From IMG/VR virus record IMGVR_UViG_3300046823_000179, positions 1 to 47,285 of that record: a stretch of 47,285 nucleotides of DNA. One strand, given 5' to 3'. A model generated the notes under the pieces. That model worked only from the letters and a program-made list of their open reading frames with translations, was not told the origin of the DNA and searched no databases. How positions within the stretch are numbered: the stretch's first letter is position 1; the number at the start of each line of letters is the position of its first letter. Below, piece by piece: positions 32,872 through 41,575 of the stretch. The stretch comes from a virus (Duplodnaviria; Caudoviricetes). The translations under genes and the position numbers were made by a program.

Positions 32872-34818
32872 TCAGCTGCAGACGCAGGGTCGGGCGGTGA
32901 TGCCGGTAGACGGCCGGGCGGTCGTGCCACCGCCCGGCCGGGCGGTCGTGCCGGTGTACGGCCGGTGCGTGGTGCAGTCGCACTCGATGACGAGGGACGG
33001 GCGTTGCTGCGGCCAGAACGGGCGTAGGCGGGACGGCCGGTTGTACAGGTGCCAGTACGCGCCCCCGGCACCCCACGCGAGCGTGAGAGGCGGTACGCCG
33101 GGTCCGGCGTCGAAGTACAGGGTTCGCCGGGGCGGCTGCTGCGGGACCTCACGGCGATCCGCGAACGCGGGCAGGTTGACCCGGCGCCACAGGTCACCGC
33201 CGACCGCGGCCGCGAGCAGCAGCGGGTCGGCGTCCGGCGCCGGCTGCGGGTAGGTCGACGGGTCGGAGATGTACGGCCGCTGCTGCGGGACCAGTCTGCG
33301 GTCGGCGTGCGTCGCCGCCCGGTTCCAGGCCAGCCACAGCGGCAGCCATGCCGCGAGCAGCGGATCGAACAGGACCGGCGCGGCGGCAGGCATCTGGGTC
33401 GGCCGTCGCTGGCCGAGATACGCGGCGGTGTCGTCGACACCCCACCACGCGACCATCGCGCCCGTGCCGACCGTCACCGTGTCGTCGGGTACGCCGATCT
33501 GCCGGCGCTGCGCCGGGCCGAAGTGCGCCCAGTCGTCCACCGACCACCACGCGTTCGTGGTGCCGGTGCCGATCGACGTCAGATTGTCCAGCGGCACCGT
33601 GCCGGTGCGCTGGGCCGGGACCTCACGCCGGTCGGCGTGCGTGACCGGCATACGGCGGGCGGTGGCCGGCGGGAACAGCAGCGGGTCGGCGGGCGTCGCG
33701 GGCGGGGCGAGCAGCGACGGGTCCGACCGGCGGGGCATCGTGGCCGCGATGTACGCGACCGCCGGATCGTCGGACCACCACGCGTTGGTCGCGCCCGTGC
33801 CGACCTGCGTGACCACGTCGACCGGCGCGAACCGGGGTGGCTGCTGCGGCACGAGCCGCCGGTCGGCGTGCGTGGCCGGCGCTATCCGGGCGACCTTCGA
33901 CCCGGCCAGGGTCGGGTCGAACGCGACGGCAGCAGCCGCCTGGCTGGTCGTGACCGGCGGTTGCCGCAGCCACGTCGCGCGAGGGTAGGCGACGGCGCGC
34001 TGGGCGGTAGTGGCGCCGCCCAGCAGTTCGTTCTCCAGCAGCGCGGAGCCCAGCAGGCCCGGCAGCGAGCGGCGGGCCTGCGTGAAGTACGACTCGCCGG
34101 GGTCGCGGAGGTTCGGCTGCGCGCGAGGCGCCCACGGGATCGGGGCCGGTCCGCCCGCGCCGGGTAGCAGCTCGACCGCAACGTACGTCCAGTCCGGGGT
34201 GCCGGTCCCGGCCGCGTCCAAGTTGAACGTCACCGAGGTGCCGGAGGTGGCAGTGTCGGCGGCCTTGAAGCAGGACAGGACGGCGATCTGCCCGGTGACG
34301 TCCGCGCCGTCGCCGGTGTCGGTCGAGGTGGGAACGCCCAGCTCGTTCCACTCGGTGCCGCACGCGACGCCGCGTGAGTTGTTCACCGTGGAGACGTAGG
34401 CGGTAGTCGTCGTGTTGTTCGTCTGGGACGCGCCCTCGGCCGTCGCCCCGGTCGGCGTGGTCGTGTCGACGCCGGTCCACACGTACACCTTGACCGAGAT
34501 GCCGTTGGCGGTGCCGGTGCCCGACGCGGTCGCCGTGACCGTACGCGAGGTGCTCGACGCCGTAACGGCGCTGAAGATCGCGCAGGTGCCGCCGGTACTG
34601 CCGCCGCCCTCCGACTGCGACCGCTGGCCATTCGGCGCCCACGTCAAGCCGCCGGAGTCGGAGACGGCGAGTGTCGGGTTACCGGCCGGGGTGCTGTTCG
34701 CCGAGACGCAGGCGACCAGCACCGCGCTGGACGGGGCGGTGAAGCTCGCCGTTGCGATGGTCAGGGCGGCGGTGGCCGAGGCCCGGGCCGGGGTCGAGCC
34801 GTCGAGGGCGATCGCCAC
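32872..34818 (-). CDS. 648 aa protein: Ser/Thr-rich N-domain plus Pro/Arg-rich repeat region
   Basis: Repeats ADRR.VP.Q x4, GTG...AWW..DD x3, DP.L x4, C-terminal G.TARP x3. Confidence 0.75.
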   Translation of the reverse strand: MAIALDGSTPARASATAALTIATASFTAPSSAVLVACVSANSTPAGNPTLAVSDSGGLTWAPNGQRSQSEGGGSTGGTCAIFSAVTASSTSRTVTATASGTGTANGISVKVYVWTGVDTTTPTGATAEGASQTNNTTTTAYVSTVNNSRGVACGTEWNELGVPTSTDTGDGADVTGQIAVLSCFKAADTATSGTSVTFNLDAAGTGTPDWTYVAVELLPGAGGPAPIPWAPRAQPNLRDPGESYFTQARRSLPGLLGSALLENELLGGATTAQRAVAYPRATWLRQPPVTTSQAAAAVAFDPTLAGSKVARIAPATHADRRLVPQQPPRFAPVDVVTQVGTGATNAWWSDDPAVAYIAATMPRRSDPSLLAPPATPADPLLFPPATARRMPVTHADRREVPAQRTGTVPLDNLTSIGTGTTNAWWSVDDWAHFGPAQRRQIGVPDDTVTVGTGAMVAWWGVDDTAAYLGQRRPTQMPAAAPVLFDPLLAAWLPLWLAWNRAATHADRRLVPQQRPYISDPSTYPQPAPDADPLLLAAAVGGDLWRRVNLPAFADRREVPQQPPRRTLYFDAGPGVPPLTLAWGAGGAYWHLYNRPSRLRPFWPQQRPSLVIECDCTTHRPYTGTTARPGGGTTARPSTGITARPCVCS

Positions 34819-34833
34819 AGCCGACCCCCGATC

Positions 34834-35919
34834 TCAGCCCGTGAAGTCGGCTACGTGGCCGCCGGTCGAGTCGATGTCGGTCGGGTGCCAGTAGAGGCCG
34901 TTCGAGCTGGGCGAGCCCCAGTTCGCGCCCGGGTAGTTGCCGGTGGACGCCGACGCCGAGACCAGGTAGGTGTTGCGGCGCCACAGCGACCCGGTGCCCG
35001 AGTCGGACACCGCCCAGGAGCGCAGCGGCTTGCCGGAGCCGACGGCCCGGCCGATCCGGGTCGAGAAGACGTTGTCGGTGAACGTGATCCTGGCGCTCGT
35101 GCCGGACGCCGAGAGCGCCACCGTCTCCTGGTCGCCGCCGAACCGGTTGCCCGTGATGATCGAATCGTTGTAGGCGCCCGTGCCCTGCCAGGCCAGGCAG
35201 TTCGTGTTGCCCCAGATCTCCATCACGTTATTCACGCACTGCGCGCCGTGGTAGCCGCCGTTGTTGACCAGCCAGCAGTCGTTGTGGAACTGGGCGCCCG
35301 TCGCGTTCTCGATGAACGGGTCACCGCCGTGGTGGAACCACGAGTTCTGCACGATGTGCGGGTGCGTCGTCGACGAGGTCGACAGCTCCAGGGCGTTGCC
35401 GAAGCCCCAGAAGTCGCAGTGGTCGACCAGTAGGTCCTGGTTGTGGGTGTTGAACCCGCCGCCGCCGTTGATCGCGTACTGGTACGCCTTGCCGTACTCG
35501 ACGTACGTCGTCCGGTCGGACTGGATCTCCTCGCCGGTCAGTTCCGTCGGGTAGTTCGACACGAACGGCTGGAACGTGCAGTACAGGAAGGTGACGTTGT
35601 CGCCGAACAGCAGGCACTGCGCCGAGCTGGCGTCGCCCTGGTTGGAGACGTTCGCCGAGAACTGGAACCGGCACCCACGGAAGGTCACATTGTTCGCGGC
35701 GGTGCCGGTCGTACCGACGTCCACGCCACCCTTGAAGTCCCAATACGAGTACGTCTGACCGGTGGTCGCGGTGAGACCTACGGTGTTCGTGCCGCCGGTG
35801 AAGCTGCCCGGCCACAGCGGATCGGCCAGATACCCGTACGTAGCGGCCGGCGGCGGGGCGGCCGGGTTCGGGTGGGCCAGGCCGGACCCGGTGTTGTAGC
35901 GAAGCGACGGCCGTGGCAC
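34834..35919 (-). CDS. pectin-lyase-like parallel beta-helix protein
   Basis: Repeating NVTFRGCRF / NVTFLYCTF / VDHCDF / VQNSWFH / ITGNRF / FTDNVF stacks. Confidence 0.7.
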   Translation of the reverse strand: MPRPSLRYNTGSGLAHPNPAAPPPAATYGYLADPLWPGSFTGGTNTVGLTATTGQTYSYWDFKGGVDVGTTGTAANNVTFRGCRFQFSANVSNQGDASSAQCLLFGDNVTFLYCTFQPFVSNYPTELTGEEIQSDRTTYVEYGKAYQYAINGGGGFNTHNQDLLVDHCDFWGFGNALELSTSSTTHPHIVQNSWFHHGGDPFIENATGAQFHNDCWLVNNGGYHGAQCVNNVMEIWGNTNCLAWQGTGAYNDSIITGNRFGGDQETVALSASGTSARITFTDNVFSTRIGRAVGSGKPLRSWAVSDSGTGSLWRRNTYLVSASASTGNYPGANWGSPSSNGLYWHPTDIDSTGGHVADFTG

Positions 35920-36627
35920 CTAGGCCCCCTTGAACGTCGCGATGACCGCGCCCCAGTCCTGCGATGAGTTCGTCCAGGACGTCGAGGTCGTGGTCGTGCC
36001 CGTGCTCAACAGGACCAGATCGGCGAGGAACACGGCACTGTTGCGGCCGGCCGTGGCCACCAGCGCGGAAGCGGCAGCACCGCGCCCGGTGTAGCTGTTG
36101 GTCCAGGTCGGTGAGCCGGGCGGCGACGGGCTGGAGTACGAGTGCGGGCCGGTCACCGCGATCGCGAGCTCGACCGCCTGCAGGGTCGTGCCCGTCGTGC
36201 CCGCCGACACCGGGCCGGCCGTCGACGAGCCGGTCGCCGAGTTCGACGCCGTCTGGTCCACCGGCGAGACCGCGATGCCCGAGTATTCGGCGGCGACCAG
36301 GGCCATCGGGCGGCCCACTGATGGGGTGACCGTCAGCGTCGTCTCGCCCCCGGCCGCGATCTTCCAGAAGCAGTAGCAGCCCTGCGCGGACACCGCGCTC
36401 GCCGCGGTCGCGAACCCGGCCGGCGGCGTAAGGGTCGCGTCGGAGTTCGCGGCGATGACGATCAAGTTCCCTGCTGTTGCGCCGGCCCCGAGAACCACAT
36501 CCAGCGAGGCGGGTTCGGTGTTGCCGGTGTCGGCCACGGCTGCCTGCACGAACGCGGGCAGCGCGGCGACCGGCTGCGGGCGTACCAGCGACGACGGGGA
36601 ATCCCAGCGCAGCGATGTCCGGGCCAC
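35920..36627 (-). CDS. Ser/Thr/Ala-rich beta-sandwich structural/decoration protein
   Basis: GAGGGG RBS plus GTG; GNLIVIAA...FWKIAAGGET...AAEYSGI...WGAVIATFK. Confidence 0.7.
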   Translation of the reverse strand: MARTSLRWDSPSSLVRPQPVAALPAFVQAAVADTGNTEPASLDVVLGAGATAGNLIVIAANSDATLTPPAGFATAASAVSAQGCYCFWKIAAGGETTLTVTPSVGRPMALVAAEYSGIAVSPVDQTASNSATGSSTAGPVSAGTTGTTLQAVELAIAVTGPHSYSSPSPPGSPTWTNSYTGRGAAASALVATAGRNSAVFLADLVLLSTGTTTTSTSWTNSSQDWGAVIATFKGA

Positions 36628-36638
36628 GACCGTTCCCC

Positions 36639-36968
36639 TCAGAGCTGTTCGGAGCAGGCGGGACAGAGCTGGCCCTGCGGAGGCCGCCAGTCCGCGGCGT
36701 AGCCGTTCGAGACGATGTTCGTCTTGCCGCACATCGACGTGCCGTAGACGAGGTTGCGGCCCTCCTGGTCCGGCGCCCCCGGATCACCCTGCGGCGTTCC
36801 GTGCGAGCCCGGGCGCATCACATGCCACCAGCCCATCGCCTTACGGCCGTCCTCTACGCCAAGGACCGCCAGCCGGCCACCGACCCGGATCAGGTTCGTC
36901 AGCTGCTTCTCGTCGTGCCGCCGTCGCGTGTCCGACGGCGACAGCAGCACGGCGCCGGCGAAGTCCAC
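36639..36968 (-). CDS. hypothetical protein with His/Cys motif
   Basis: WWH...SMCG...LCPAC. Confidence 0.6.
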   Translation of the reverse strand: MDFAGAVLLSPSDTRRRHDEKQLTNLIRVGGRLAVLGVEDGRKAMGWWHVMRPGSHGTPQGDPGAPDQEGRNLVYGTSMCGKTNIVSNGYAADWRPPQGQLCPACSEQL

Positions 36969-36970
36969 GG

Positions 36971-37294
36971 TCAGACCTTCAGGTCGGCGGCCAGCGCCTT
37001 GATCCGCTCAGCGTGCTCGGCGAGCTTGCCCGCGTACGCCTCACCCAGCGCCACCGCCTCATCGAACGAGGCGGCCTCGCGCAGCTCGTCGGAGATCATC
37101 CGGTCCGGGCTGAGGAACCGGACGTGGAACAGCTGCGACGCCGGATGCACCCGCTCCTCCGGTGCCCCGTCCACGGTCACGATCTGGGTGCCGCCGCCGA
37201 TCTCGACCAGGTCGATGGTGGCCGCCACGCGGCCATCACGAGCGAGCACCTGCGCACCCGTGATGACCACCTGCGGTTTGGTCGACGTAGCCAT
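36971..37294 (-). CDS. hypothetical protein
   Basis: MATSTKPQ start coupled to upstream stop. Confidence 0.65.
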   Translation of the reverse strand: MATSTKPQVVITGAQVLARDGRVAATIDLVEIGGGTQIVTVDGAPEERVHPASQLFHVRFLSPDRMISDELREAASFDEAVALGEAYAGKLAEHAERIKALAADLKV

Positions 37295-37770
37295 CAGGCC
37301 GCGTACTCCAGCCACTCCACACCGGTCGTGTAGTTCGCGGCCGCCGGAGCGCCCGGGAACTTCAGCGCGACGAAGCCGGCCGCCGAACCGACCTGCAGGA
37401 ACCGCGCCTCCGGCACCGGCAGATACAGGATGCCGTTGACGATGTTGAAGCCCTCGGACCACACCGTCGCGGTCACCGAGCCCTCAGCGGACGCGGTGAT
37501 ACCGGTCGCCGAGGCGCCGTTCACGCACTTCGACGCCTGCATGCCGTTCGCCAGCGGCGACGCCGCCGTCGACGTCACCGTGCACGCGGTCGAGTTCCGG
37601 TTGAGCTGGATACGGGTCTGGTTGGTCGTCGTCACCGAGTCCTGGTTGCACCAGGCCCGAGTGAACTCGGCCGCGGTCACGACCGGCACGAGCACCTGGT
37701 TGACGGTGATCGCGGTCGACGTCGAGACGCTCGCGCGGATCAGATTGTAAGCCCCACTTGGCGCCGCCAT
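37294..37770 (-). CDS. Ser/Thr-rich structural protein
   Basis: AGGAG RBS; ...FNIVNGILYLPVPEAR...VEWLE. Confidence 0.7.
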   Translation of the reverse strand: MAAPSGAYNLIRASVSTSTAITVNQVLVPVVTAAEFTRAWCNQDSVTTTNQTRIQLNRNSTACTVTSTAASPLANGMQASKCVNGASATGITASAEGSVTATVWSEGFNIVNGILYLPVPEARFLQVGSAAGFVALKFPGAPAAANYTTGVEWLEYAA

Positions 37771-37817
37771 GTTATACTCCTGTCCTAGGTGCAGCCACCT
37801 CGGAGGGGGCCTGAGAT

Positions 37818-38339
37818 ATGGATAAACCCAACGGTCAGACGTGGTTGCCGGTCGTCGGATGGGAAGGGCTATACGAGGTATCGGACCTCGGGCTCATCTG
37901 GAGCTGTAAGCGACGCCGCGGCACCAAGGGCGGTCTGCTCAAAACCCCGCCAGTTGAGGGCCGAGGCCACCTGCAGGTCAACCTTTGTCGGGACGGCAAG
38001 CCATTCCATGTCTTCGTCCACACCCTCGTGGCCGAGGCATTTCACGGTCCCCGTCCCGCTGCGATGGAATGCCGCCATCTCGATGGCAACCCTGCCAACA
38101 ACGCCGTCGGCAACCTCGCGTGGGGCACTTCCAGTGAGAACAACCTCGACCGCGTGCGGCACGGAACGTTCACGAACCGAAACATCGGCAAAACTCATTG
38201 CGACCATGGCCACGAATTCACGCCCGAGAACACCTACCTCGAAGGCAACCGACGTAGGTGCTGGACCTGCCGCAAACGCCGCAACCAAGAACAGGCCGCC
38301 CGCCGGAAGGCGGCACGAGCCGCCAAGCGTGTGGCCTGA
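37818..38339 (+). CDS. NUMOD4-HNH homing endonuclease
   Basis: WLPVVGWEGLYEVSDLG (NUMOD4), VHTLVAEAF..CRHLDGNPANN...NLAWGT..EN, KTHC.HGHEFTPENTY. Confidence 0.92.
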   Translation: MDKPNGQTWLPVVGWEGLYEVSDLGLIWSCKRRRGTKGGLLKTPPVEGRGHLQVNLCRDGKPFHVFVHTLVAEAFHGPRPAAMECRHLDGNPANNAVGNLAWGTSSENNLDRVRHGTFTNRNIGKTHCDHGHEFTPENTYLEGNRRRCWTCRKRRNQEQAARRKAARAAKRVA

Positions 38340-38353
38340 CCGTGAGCCGCGGT

Positions 38354-38887
38354 TTAAGCGACGAGAGTGCCGCGGTAGGAGAGCGCGAGGTCCCGCGCCG
38401 AGGCGGTGAGCTGCAAGCCACCGGTCGTGGCGAATTTGACTGCGTAGTCGTCAATGGACTCACTGATCACCGCACTGGGTGGGACCTCGTATGCCTGAGC
38501 CGCTGTCTCCAGGACCGCGCCTTTGACGTCGTCGGTCGGTGCCGCGTAGCCGTGGGTCAGGTCGATGTCGACCTCGTCCGGCGGGATCACGCACGAGACC
38601 CCGAAGCCGCCAGGCCGCCACAGCGTCCGCTTGATCAGCGTCCAGCCGGTGACGGCTACCCCGTTGATCCGCACTGCTGTGACCGCAGTGATCGGCCGAA
38701 ATGGCAGGGCGATCGACGGACAGAACGACCCGAGGACCGTGTAGGTGACGGTCGTTGCTTCCCACCACGTGTCCGCCGTCCGGGAGAACAGGCTGGAGGT
38801 GAGGGTGAGGACCTGGTTGGCGCTGTAGGTGTCGAGGTCCTTCTGCAGCCTGCCGGCCAACTCAGTGGCGGTCGCGTACTGGACCAT
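38354..38887 (-). CDS. head-tail adaptor
   Basis: YATATELA...LPFRPITAVTAV...THGY...DDVKGAVL...SESIDDY. Confidence 0.8.
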   Translation of the reverse strand: MVQYATATELAGRLQKDLDTYSANQVLTLTSSLFSRTADTWWEATTVTYTVLGSFCPSIALPFRPITAVTAVRINGVAVTGWTLIKRTLWRPGGFGVSCVIPPDEVDIDLTHGYAAPTDDVKGAVLETAAQAYEVPPSAVISESIDDYAVKFATTGGLQLTASARDLALSYRGTLVA

Positions 38888-39596
38888 CGGGCCCCCTCAG
38901 CGCCTTGATCGTTGCGACGTCCGCGTCGCGGCCGGAGCCGCACCACTGCCGGTAGGCGGCCTCGTCCCGCTGGTACTGCTCGGCCCGGTTGACCCGCGCG
39001 TACCCGGTGTCCCAGTCCGCTTTTCCGGCGAGCGGATGGCAGTGCTCGACGACGACGTCCGGCAGGTAACGCAGGCAACCGGCCAGTTTGCCCACGTCCA
39101 TCACCGAGTTGTCGCAGTACATGTGGTCCACCGGCGCCGGGACCATCCGGCCCAAGGATCGGACGATGTCCGAGGTCATCGCCCATTGCGTGCACAACCG
39201 GATGCCCTGCAGCAGATCGTTGCCATAGACGATGCCGGTGCCCATCTCCCGCAGGGCCTCGAGGTAGCGGGCAGCCCAGCCAGTCGTCTGGGGTAGGTGG
39301 TCGTCTCCGGCGAAGCCGAGCACCGGATACTCGTAGCTCCGCGCGTAAAGCCCAGCCACGTCGTTTAGCTTGGCAACCATCGGCCGCCATTTCGGCGAGA
39401 TGTGCACCGTGACCGGGAAACCCGCATAGTCCGGCGGGATGCCGATGTAGTCCTCTATCGACGGGTCGTCGAGGTCGGCGGCGAACATCAGCTCCGCGAC
39501 CTCGAATGCCTCAGTTGCCTTCCATGCTTCGACCACGCGCCGGGCCGAGGCGGGCCGGCCGCGCGTGGGCACGACGATCAGCAGATCACTCGTCAT
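38862..39596 (-). CDS. glycosyltransferase (GT-A fold, GT2-like)
   Basis: LIVVPTRGRP...ADLDD...GFAGDDH...HMYCDN...VEHCHP. Confidence 0.85.
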   Translation of the reverse strand: MTSDLLIVVPTRGRPASARRVVEAWKATEAFEVAELMFAADLDDPSIEDYIGIPPDYAGFPVTVHISPKWRPMVAKLNDVAGLYARSYEYPVLGFAGDDHLPQTTGWAARYLEALREMGTGIVYGNDLLQGIRLCTQWAMTSDIVRSLGRMVPAPVDHMYCDNSVMDVGKLAGCLRYLPDVVVEHCHPLAGKADWDTGYARVNRAEQYQRDEAAYRQWCGSGRDADVATIKALRGPDGPVRDRH

Positions 39597-40977
39597 CGGC
39601 TTGCCGCACGAACAGCGTGTCGGCGAAGTGGGCCTCGTGCTCCCAGCGGATCGCCGGGACGAATCCCACCTTCCCGAGCGCCTCCACCGCGTCCGGCCAG
39701 AACGCGGCGTACAGGTCCCGGGACAGCTCCTGCGTCTCCACGATGACCAACTCGACATTGGTCAGATCAGCGGAGGCCAGCGCTTCCAGCTCGGTGCCCT
39801 GCGTATCGATCACCAGGACCGCCGAGGGGTAGGCGACCTGGACGATCCGTAGCGGCTTGACCTCGACCTCGAACGTCTCGGCCGTAGGCACTCCAGCGTC
39901 CGCCTTGAGGCCGCTGAACACCGTGTCGACAGCCCGATGGAACGTCGCACGCTCCGACTGCGGACCGATGGCAAGTTCTACCACCTCGCAGTCGGGGAAG
40001 GCCTCGCCCAGATAGGCGGCGTTGATCGGGTCCGGCTCGACCAGGGTGATGTCCTCGATCCCGCACTTGCGGTAGATCGGCACCTCTTCGCCCCGGTGCG
40101 CCCCGACGTGCATGAGCGACGTCGGCTTCAGGCCGAGTTCGGCCAGGGCCTCCGGCAGCAGGTCGAACGTCCAGGCCTGCTCGCGGGTCATCGCGATCCG
40201 CTTCAGGCCGGAGATGTCCGGCCTGGATTCCAGGATGGCCAGGGCGGCCCGCTCCCGGACGTAGAAGTCCTCGGACACCCAGATCGGCTTCAGGTGCGTC
40301 GTCTTCACCCGGGTGTCGACGAACACCGGAATGTCCAGGGCGCCGGCCCGGACGCAGAACGACAGGTCCTCGCTGAACAGCTGTTGCGTGCTGGGGTTCG
40401 GCACCCGGTCGTACCAGGTCCCGAACTCGTCGCGGATCTTCTCCAGGGCGCTGCGGTGGATCAGGATGCACGCCGAGCCGGTGGCATGGCACTGGGTCAC
40501 GGTGTCGCGGGGGTAGTCCCAGCGCACCGCGTACCCGGACTGGCCGTCCACGGTGATCCAGTCGTAGATGACCGGGGTCGGCTGGACCCGGCGGCCGCCC
40601 ATCCCGTCGGACTCGATCTCCTGCTGCGAGAAGCACAGCGCGCCGACGATCGGCCGCTCGACCGGGTCGGCTGCCTCGAGGAGTTGCTCGAGGGCGTTCT
40701 CGGGGAAGCCCATGTCGGTGTCGATCCAGAACAGCCAGTCGGCGTCGGGGTAGTCGTTGAGGAAGTCGTAGGCGGCCTGGTTGCGGGCCTGGATCAGCCC
40801 GCCGGTGCCGTAGCGCAGGGCCAGGAACCCGCCGCGGCCGTCGCCGAGCCGCTGGTTGGTCTGGGCGTCGTAGCCGATCAGCTGGACCATCGACCGGTGC
40901 CACGAGTAGGCGACCTCGTTGCCGCACACGTAGGCCAGGACGACGGCGTCGGCCGGAACGTCGGGAGCCTCAGCCAC
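39586..40977 (-). CDS. glycosyltransferase fused to an FkbM-like methyltransferase
   Basis: N-half: ARN...WLFWIDTDMGF...SEDLSFC...H.K; C-half: HVGAHRGEE...VEPDP...VIDTQGTELEAL. Confidence 0.85.
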   Translation of the reverse strand: MAEAPDVPADAVVLAYVCGNEVAYSWHRSMVQLIGYDAQTNQRLGDGRGGFLALRYGTGGLIQARNQAAYDFLNDYPDADWLFWIDTDMGFPENALEQLLEAADPVERPIVGALCFSQQEIESDGMGGRRVQPTPVIYDWITVDGQSGYAVRWDYPRDTVTQCHATGSACILIHRSALEKIRDEFGTWYDRVPNPSTQQLFSEDLSFCVRAGALDIPVFVDTRVKTTHLKPIWVSEDFYVRERAALAILESRPDISGLKRIAMTREQAWTFDLLPEALAELGLKPTSLMHVGAHRGEEVPIYRKCGIEDITLVEPDPINAAYLGEAFPDCEVVELAIGPQSERATFHRAVDTVFSGLKADAGVPTAETFEVEVKPLRIVQVAYPSAVLVIDTQGTELEALASADLTNVELVIVETQELSRDLYAAFWPDAVEALGKVGFVPAIRWEHEAHFADTLFVRQADDE

Positions 40978-41212
40978 GCCGCACGCTCCGTCGCTCGCCC
41001 GGCGCCGCGGTGGCCTGCTCGACCGGTGGGTCGTTGTAGCCGGGCGGCTCGGCGCTGTACCGCATCCCGTACCGCGCGTCCGTCGAGAACAGGGTCGGGG
41101 CGGCCTTGACTACCGGGTCGTCCGCCGCCCAGTGCTCACCCTTGTTGACCAGGACGACACCGCACGTCTCGGTCGGTATCTGCGCGGTATCCACCGCGTA
41201 GACCACATCCAT
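40970..41212 (-). CDS. small capsid-adjacent protein
   Basis: WAADDPVVK..P.LF...VEQATAAPGERR. Confidence 0.7.
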   Translation of the reverse strand: MDVVYAVDTAQIPTETCGVVLVNKGEHWAADDPVVKAAPTLFSTDARYGMRYSAEPPGYNDPPVEQATAAPGERRSVRRG

Positions 41213-41231
41213 CGTTTACCTCCAGGTAGGC

Positions 41232-41263
41232 GGAAGCCCCGGACACCTGGATCCGGGGCTTCC
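41232..41263. terminator. hairpin after the capsid genes
   Basis: GGAAGCCCCGGA/TCCGGGGCTTCC perfect 12-bp stem. Confidence 0.7.
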
Positions 41264-41298
41264 CTATGCCCTCGACGATCGATCGAGGGTGTCCGTCG

Positions 41299-41541
41299 TT
41301 ACTCGTAGCCGAGATCGGCCAGAGCCTTCTTCGCGTCCGCGACCGCCTGGTCAGCGGCGTCGATGTCGGCCTTCTCCACATCCAGCGCGTCACGGTTCAT
41401 CTGGGCGCCCTGCAGGACGGCCAGCGCGTGATGCACGGCGGGATCGCCGGACTCGGACGCCGGGGCGAGCTTGCCGGCCGGGGCCGGCTTCGGCTCGTCG
41501 GCCTTCACGGTGCTGGTCTTCGAGGGGTCGGTAACGGCCAT
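41299..41541 (-). CDS. hypothetical protein after capsid
   Basis: AAGGAG RBS, MAVTDPSK start. Confidence 0.7.
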   Translation of the reverse strand: MAVTDPSKTSTVKADEPKPAPAGKLAPASESGDPAVHHALAVLQGAQMNRDALDVEKADIDAADQAVADAKKALADLGYE

Positions 41542-41575
41542 GCTTACTCCTTCGGGCCTGGTGTGGTCGGAGACT

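Noticed and set aside
32872-34150. Diversity-generating retroelement TR/VR pair
   Set aside because: No reverse transcriptase in the window; repeats are short and conserved at the protein-motif level
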